Positions 59,146 through 63,568 of a stretch of 63,568 nt of DNA are shown piece after piece. Position numbers and translations under genes: made by a program. Source of the DNA: a virus (taxonomy: Duplodnaviria; Caudoviricetes); IMG/VR virus record IMGVR_UViG_3300036832_001810, positions 1-63,568 of that record. One strand, written 5' to 3'. The notes below the pieces were generated by a model that saw only the letters and a list, made by a program, of their open reading frames with translations, ran no database searches and was not told the origin of the DNA. Every line of letters begins with the position of its first letter. Positions within the stretch are counted from its first letter, which is position 1.

Positions 59146-60043
59146 GTCGCCCAGGTACACGGGCTGGTAGTTTTCGAGCGAGTCCACCCAGACGTGCTTG
59201 ACGCCTTCCTCGGCAGCCATGGCGTAGGCTGCGCTCGACGGCGTCCAGTGGACCGTGCCGTCGGTCGAGTAGTAGTCGCCCCAACCAAAGCCGGAGTAAT
59301 AGAACAGGCCGGGGAAGGGGTTGAGCGTGCGCGCCGGGGTGCGCAGCGTGTCGGTGGCGGAATAGATTTTGTTTTGCGCCATCCTAGTCGCCCTCCTCTA
59401 ATTGGTGATGGCCCTCGATCACGCCGATCACCTCGTAGGCGACGCCTTCCTTGTAGCGCGGCGGTTTCGCGCTCTGCTCGTCGATGGCTTTCAGCTTGGC
59501 GTCGTAGGCCGTGGGCGCTTCCAGGCGGTTCACGTAGGCGAAGTGATCGTCCAGGTACAGACTGATTACGGTGTAGGGTTTCACTTACCTGCCTCCTCTC
59601 CCAGCACGCGGCCCGTGACCCGCACGGCGTAGGGGTCGATAGCGCGAATCATGGTGCAGGCATGAAGCGATTCGGACGGCACGCCCAAGGCGCGCACCTT
59701 CTCTCCGTCCAGCTTGAGATGGTCGGAGCCCGTGCGGACGGCGTAGCCGCACTCGGTCAGGTGGCCGTAGGCGGTGGCAAAAGCCTCCTCGCGTGTGGCC
59801 GCTTCAATCACGAGGACACGCGGATAGGTGTGGGCGTAAGGCGTGTCCTGGTACGTCACTTTCCATTTCGTCATGGGGTTACTCTTTCTCCTGTTCTTTG
59901 GCGCAGGCCTCGCAGCCAATGCGCTTGTCGATGTAAAGCTGCTGGGTCTTGACTTCATCCGCCGTGCGCGTCAGCTTGTGGCCGCAGTCGAGCAGAATGC
60001 GGTACTCGCGCCCGAAGCGGGTCATGCGAACGATTGTGCTCAT
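59143..60043 (-). other. Four small ORFs (59879-60043, 59581-59874, 59384-59584, 59143-59382)
   Basis: Abutting chain; 59879-60043 (54 aa, own translation) starts 9 nt after the P2 -10 box. Confidence 0.6.
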
Positions 60044-60052
60044 CGAAATTCC

Positions 60053-60081
60053 ATTCTAGCAAATGCGCTTTTTGTTGTCAA
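60053..60081 (-). promoter_or_regulatory. Sigma70-type early promoter P2
   Basis: TTGACA-ACAAAAAGCGCATTTGC(17)-TAGAAT. Confidence 0.85.
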
Positions 60082-60112
60082 GCAGGAGGGGTGAAATCCC
60101 CTCCGCTCGCGC

Positions 60113-60412
60113 TTAGTAGCGCGCCGCCAGTCGCGGCACAAAGTGGCCTTCGAGCTTGCCCGTGTCGCGGTTGAGGTGGCGGCGGATACCAAACACGTCG
60201 TGCGCGAGGTTGCTGTCATCCGTCGCCAGCAACCGTTCCAGGTCCAGGGCGCAGCCGTTGGCATGGCACGCGGTCAGGTCCATCAGGATGGTTGATTGCG
60301 GGTAGTCAACGTGCAGCCGCCGCGCCAGCGCCGCCGCGCGTGCGGTAATCTCGCCGATCAGCGCGTAGTCGCTCGCGCTCACGGTCCAGTTGATCTGAGA
60401 CTTGTCTGTCAT
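60113..60412 (-). CDS. DUF6874-like phage protein (follows HH5)
   Basis: MDLTACHANGC.LDLERLL..DD.N.AHDV.GI.RHLNR.TGKL...FVPR; AAAGGA RBS. Confidence 0.7.
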   Translation of the reverse strand: MTDKSQINWTVSASDYALIGEITARAAALARRLHVDYPQSTILMDLTACHANGCALDLERLLATDDSNLAHDVFGIRRHLNRDTGKLEGHFVPRLAARY

Positions 60413-60432
60413 TGGGTTGGGATTCCTTTCAG

Positions 60433-60496
60433 TCCCGACGCCAACGCCTCCCGGCGTGAGCGTTTCGGCCGACTTGCACGGCCTCATCAGGGGGTT
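60433..60496 (-). ncRNA. Hammerhead ribozyme type I, HH5 (cut 60437/60436)
   Basis: AACCCC-CUGAUGA-GGCCG UGCAAGU CGGCC-GAAA-CGC..ACGCC GGGA GGCGU..GCG-UC^GGGA. Confidence 0.9.
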
Positions 60497-60862
60497 CTAC
60501 TTGCCGGTGATCGCGGCGCAGGCGTCCTTCACGGCGCTGCCCAAGGCGCGGGTCGAAGACGACGTAATCATGTCGCCTTCTTTGTTGAAGACGGCCATCT
60601 TGTTGTCGCGGCGCAGATAGCCCTTGCCGCCCTCGTGATCGAGCGTGACGACGTAATCCGCGCGGTCGCGGTTGTTGGTCACAATCACGGCGGGGCAGCT
60701 TGCGCCGAATGTCTTGTAGATCTCGGCGGTCTGCGGTCGCGCTCCACCGGCGCGGCCTACCATCTGCCAGGACGTAGAGTCGGTGATGAAGACGCGTGGC
60801 TTATCCTGGGCGGAAAGGCCGGCGACGGCAATCAATGCGGTAAGCGTCAGTTGCTTTGTCAT
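60497..60862 (-). CDS. Secreted small protein with signal peptide (follows HH6)
   Basis: MTKQLTLTALIAVAGLSA signal; GGARPQTAEI.KTF...CP...ADYVV.LDHEGGKG. Confidence 0.75.
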   Translation of the reverse strand: MTKQLTLTALIAVAGLSAQDKPRVFITDSTSWQMVGRAGGARPQTAEIYKTFGASCPAVIVTNNRDRADYVVTLDHEGGKGYLRRDNKMAVFNKEGDMITSSSTRALGSAVKDACAAITGK

Positions 60863-60883
60863 GGGGTTGTTGGGATTCCTTGG

Positions 60884-60936
60884 TCCCGACGCCTCGCGGC
60901 GTTTCGCCCAACTTTCATGGGCTCGTCAGGGGGTTA
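60884..60936 (-). ncRNA. Hammerhead ribozyme type I, HH6 (cut 60888/60887)
   Basis: UAACCCC-CUGACGA-GCCCA UGAAAGU UGGGC-GAAA-CGCC GCGA GGCG-UC^GGGA. Confidence 0.9.
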
Positions 60937-61050
60937 CCAGCTCCAGGCCCACTTCACCAGCAGGGTTGCGCCGACAATTACGGCGGCTAAGAACGCGAGA
61001 TAGCCTACGGTGACAATGAGGCATCCGCAGCCGTCGTCGGACTGACTCAT
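60934..61050 (-). CDS. Small single-TM protein (38 aa)
   Basis: ATGA overlap, AAGGA RBS; GCGCLIVTVGYLAFLAAVIVGATLLVKW. Confidence 0.55.
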   Translation of the reverse strand: MSQSDDGCGCLIVTVGYLAFLAAVIVGATLLVKWAWSW

Positions 61051-61763
61051 GCCGCGTCCTTGCCTTTCTCCTCGCGCTCCTGTTCCAGGTTGCGGAGGAA
61101 GCCCTTGACGCCGCGCTCGGAACTGTCGATCAGGTCGTAGGCCAGGATCAGGTCGCGGCACACCTCGAAGGCGCGGTCGAGGATGTAGCTGTCGTCGCCC
61201 AACTCCCACTTGAGCAGGCCGGACGTGCGGGCGTGGCAAGTATTGTCCCGATCCTCGACGTACTTGCGAACGGTGTGCATCAGGGCGAACGACTCCATGC
61301 CCCGGTAGTGATCCTTGGCGAGCACGCGGAAAGCGCCGTCGATAGAGCCGTCGTGATAGCTCGTAATCTCCTCGTAGCGCTTGTCGTGGCGCTTCTCGGG
61401 GTTGCTGGTCACCTTGCGCTCACTGCGCGAGTACCAGCGGGTCTTGCCCTCCTTGAATTTCACGCTGAAGGCGAAGTCCAGGTCGGCCTTCGACGGGATG
61501 CCGCCCGTGATGGCGTAGCGTGCGTCATTGCGCAGGTCCTGGTCGGTCAGCATGGCCTGGGCAAGCGAGAACAGGTAATCAGCCATGCGCTGAATGGAGA
61601 TCGGCATGGCGGGAGAATGCGCGGTCATGCCGTCGCCGTAGGTGTCGTAGACGCGCATGTGCTCGTTGACGGCGCAGAAACCGACGCCGTGGAAATTGTT
61701 GTCGTAGGTGTAAGCCACCTTGTCCGGCGAAGCGATGCTCGCGAAACGGTGCGTTCGACTCAT
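61047..61763 (-). CDS. Hypothetical protein (follows HH7)
   Basis: GGAG RBS; 238-aa ORF. Confidence 0.7.
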   Translation of the reverse strand: MSRTHRFASIASPDKVAYTYDNNFHGVGFCAVNEHMRVYDTYGDGMTAHSPAMPISIQRMADYLFSLAQAMLTDQDLRNDARYAITGGIPSKADLDFAFSVKFKEGKTRWYSRSERKVTSNPEKRHDKRYEEITSYHDGSIDGAFRVLAKDHYRGMESFALMHTVRKYVEDRDNTCHARTSGLLKWELGDDSYILDRAFEVCRDLILAYDLIDSSERGVKGFLRNLEQEREEKGKDAA

Positions 61764-61787
61764 GGGGTGTTACTCCAGTGGGAAATA

Positions 61788-61850
61788 TCCCGACGCGCCA
61801 TCTCTCGACGGTGCGTTTCGCCCGACTTGCACGGGCTCATCAGGGGGTTA
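61788..61850 (-). ncRNA. Hammerhead ribozyme type I, HH7 (cut 61792/61791)
   Basis: UAACCCC-CUGAUGA-GCCCG UGCAAGU CGGGC-GAAA-CGC A CCGUC GAGA GAUGG C GCG-UC^GGGA. Confidence 0.9.
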
Positions 61851-62081
61851 GGCGCTCGGCACGATCTCGAATTGCTGGCCAGCGGAATTCTCCAGCCGCC
61901 CGTTGGGCATCTTCGAGAGCGTGAATCTCGCCCGGAAGCGGGAGTCCGGCGCGCAGTTGTCCAGGTGGATCGCGGCGTCGCTTTCGGCGGTCACGTAGTA
62001 GCGCAGGCCCTGGCCGGTGTTGGGCACCGGCGCGTTGGGCGTCACGGTGCGGATGCGGATGATTTTGGTCGGCGTCTTCAT
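61848..62081 (-). CDS. Hypothetical protein
   Basis: GGAG RBS; stop abuts HH7. Confidence 0.65.
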   Translation of the reverse strand: MKTPTKIIRIRTVTPNAPVPNTGQGLRYYVTAESDAAIHLDNCAPDSRFRARFTLSKMPNGRLENSAGQQFEIVPSA

Positions 62082-62100
62082 GGTTTCTCCGTTGGGTTGT

Positions 62101-62118
62101 GGGGGCCTTGCGGCCCCC
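62101..62118 (-). promoter_or_regulatory. Intergenic GNRA hairpin GGGGGCC-GCAA-GGCCCCC without U-tract
   Basis: Perfect 7-bp stem after TAACCCC, between two co-oriented genes. Confidence 0.6.
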
Positions 62119-62126
62119 GGTTGGGG

Positions 62127-62963
62127 TTAGCTCAGGAGCTTGCGCATCTCCTCGGCCAGGGTCCAGAGGGCCTTGTTGAGCTTGGTGTTCTCGCTGATGC
62201 CTTCGACCGGGCGGGTGCGCAGTCTACGCCGCGTCTCCGCGTTGCGGCCCCGGATGCCGCCATTGAGCAGCGCTTCCTGGGTGCGGTTGAAGGTGTTCCA
62301 GAGCGTGGGCGTATTGTCCTCGACGCGGCGCGGCGTCAGGACCTGTTGGGGCGTGATGGGCGCCTCGCCCTCGTCGTAGCGAAGCTGGAGCGCGGCGGTG
62401 GCGAAGACCTCGGCCTGGGGCGCTTCGAGGCGCAGCGCCTGGAAGCTCTGCACGCTGTCGATCACCTTGGGCATCTGGTCGATCACCTCGAACGAAGCCT
62501 CGATCACGCCATCCGCGTCGCCCCGGTGCGGGACGCTGATGTGGTTGACCACGCCGTCGCCGACCACCATGCCGTTGGTGCAGACGAGGCGAAACAGGCC
62601 GCTATCGAGCTTGTAGCTACTCATGCCGTCGTGCGAGTTGGTCAGGACCAGCTCGGGGTAGACCACGCCCAACTGGCGGGTCAGAGGCTGATCGCCCTGG
62701 CGCATGTCGCGGAAGCGGATCAGGTGTTTGGTGAAGTCGCCCTTCCCGGCGATCCGGGTGCGGGACTGCATGGCTTGGACGGGCTGGAAGCCTTCCTCGC
62801 GCATGCGCTCGACCACGGCGATGGTGGGGATGAACGCGTACTTCTCGCTCATCTTGTGCCATGGCTCCATGGCGAACACGCTCGGGGCATAAGCCCGGAG
62901 CTGATCGTTGGTCAGCGCCGTCATGGAACGGACACTGTGACGCATTTGGGTAGCGATGTTCAT
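62127..62963 (-). CDS. DUF932/DUF945-family protein
   Basis: APSVFA..., Y.FIPT, FTKH.IRFR, NSHDG.SSY....G.FRLVCTNG, RR.ED...LW..FN..QE, N.KLNKALW. Confidence 0.85.
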   Translation of the reverse strand: MNIATQMRHSVRSMTALTNDQLRAYAPSVFAMEPWHKMSEKYAFIPTIAVVERMREEGFQPVQAMQSRTRIAGKGDFTKHLIRFRDMRQGDQPLTRQLGVVYPELVLTNSHDGMSSYKLDSGLFRLVCTNGMVVGDGVVNHISVPHRGDADGVIEASFEVIDQMPKVIDSVQSFQALRLEAPQAEVFATAALQLRYDEGEAPITPQQVLTPRRVEDNTPTLWNTFNRTQEALLNGGIRGRNAETRRRLRTRPVEGISENTKLNKALWTLAEEMRKLLS

Positions 62964-63023
62964 GGGATGTTTTTCTCTCTCTCTCTCGTTTCGTTTGGCG
63001 GCGTTTCTTGCGCCGTTGAACCT

Positions 63024-63052
63024 AGACTAGCAAATCCGGTTTTTGTTGTCAA
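63024..63052 (-). promoter_or_regulatory. Sigma70-type early promoter P3
   Basis: TTGACA-ACAAAAACCGGATTTGC(17)-TAGTCT. Confidence 0.8.
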
Positions 63053-63081
63053 TAGGACTTGGGGTGAAACGGTTCTTTTTC

Positions 63082-63153
63082 TCCCAAATTGCGGCGCAAT
63101 TCGCGCAATCGCCGCAATTTTCGCCCAACTTTCATGGGCTCGTCAGGGGGTTA
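63082..63153 (-). ncRNA. Hammerhead ribozyme type I variant, HH8 (UUU triplet; cut 63086/63085)
   Basis: UAACCCC-CUGACGA-GCCCA UGAAAGU UGGGC-GAAA-AUUGCGGCG...CGCCGCAAU-UU^GGGA. Confidence 0.8.
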
Positions 63154-63568
63154 GCGGCTCGACATGGCGACAATGTAGCCCACGAAGCCAGCGAACGCGC
63201 TGTACGCAGCGCAGTCGAATGCCCAATAGTCGCGCGGCAGGAAAACCGCAACTATCAGGGAGGTGATCCATAGCCATATGCAAGCGGAGGCGATAGAGTC
63301 GCGGATCATGAGCGTTCCTCCTCCCGCTCCGGCGCCAGCTCGCCAGCGTGAACGCGGCCGTAGCAGCCGCAGTCCATGGCCTCCGGGTGACCGCAGGCGA
63401 CATAGCGCCCGTCGGTCACCCAGGCCTGATGGGTGTAGTCGAACCACGCGCCCTGGCTCATAGCGAGGCCAGCCTTTCCAGGTTGCGCGGCAGTTGGCCC
63501 GTACGCTTGGCGGCGTTGATGCGGTTCTGAAAGGCCTGGACAGCAGCCTTCAGGCGAACCTGCTCGGT
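63151..63568 (-). other. Small ORFs 63151-63309 (membrane), 63306-63461, and the 3' end of an ORF entering from the right edge (stop 63458)
   Basis: Own translation; ATGA overlaps. Confidence 0.55.

Noticed and set aside
57978-60487. Extended N-termini given in the ORF track for 57978-58370 and 60113-60487
   Set aside because: They run through ribozymes or other genes; true starts are more likely the ATGs after the SD-bearing leaders (58157, 60412).
56385-63153. Repeats as a CRISPR array or integron attC sites
   Set aside because: Spacing is 450-1350 nt and gene-sized, no cas or integron integrase is visible, and conservation follows the hammerhead core with covarying stems.
56409-63153. 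Repeats as intrinsic terminators or REP elements
   Set aside because: No U-tracts on the coding strand, and the invariant unpaired CUGANGA/GAAA/UH is not explained by a terminator.
61233-63266. Long opposite-strand ORFs (e.g. 61233-63266, 46085-48382, 8458-9921, 16186-17829)
   Set aside because: Antisense shadows of recognisable genes in high-GC DNA; no motifs or RBS.
1-63568. Window is an exactly circular complete genome
   Set aside because: No terminal repeat seen; joining the ends puts the left-edge minus ORF out of frame with the plausible right-edge ORF, so closure is unproven.

Overview
The whole window is phage DNA, probably most of one temperate podovirus-type genome in the unintegrated (attP) state. 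No host housekeeping genes are visible, and an Acidobacteriota host is a tentative inference. Modules: a leftward replication block (SNF2 helicase, putative ssDNA-binding protein, primase-SF3 helicase; 1.2-9.9 kb); a rightward neck/tail/capsid block resembling HTVC010P-like podoviruses (adaptors, tail fibre, nozzle, GroES-like, scaffold, major capsid protein; 10.2-27.3 kb); an inverted portal; accessory genes with xis/int; a complete tRNA-Leu(TAG) beside an attP-like site; leftward ejection proteins (one with an SLT domain); the large terminase; and a leftward early region (50.5-63.5 kb). The most striking signal is in the early region. Eight type I hammerhead ribozymes with covarying stems lie on the coding strand at gene junctions, and seven are directly followed by the ribosome-binding site and start codon of the next gene. 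A structured RNA at about 48.83-48.90 kb carries a loop antisense to the shared ACCCCAUGA(C) start region of those genes. A second notable feature is that the attP core matches a tRNA-Leu(TAG) anticodon arm while the phage carries a full replacement tRNA-Leu(TAG) with a recoded arm. All family assignments come from motif recognition by eye, not from database searches.
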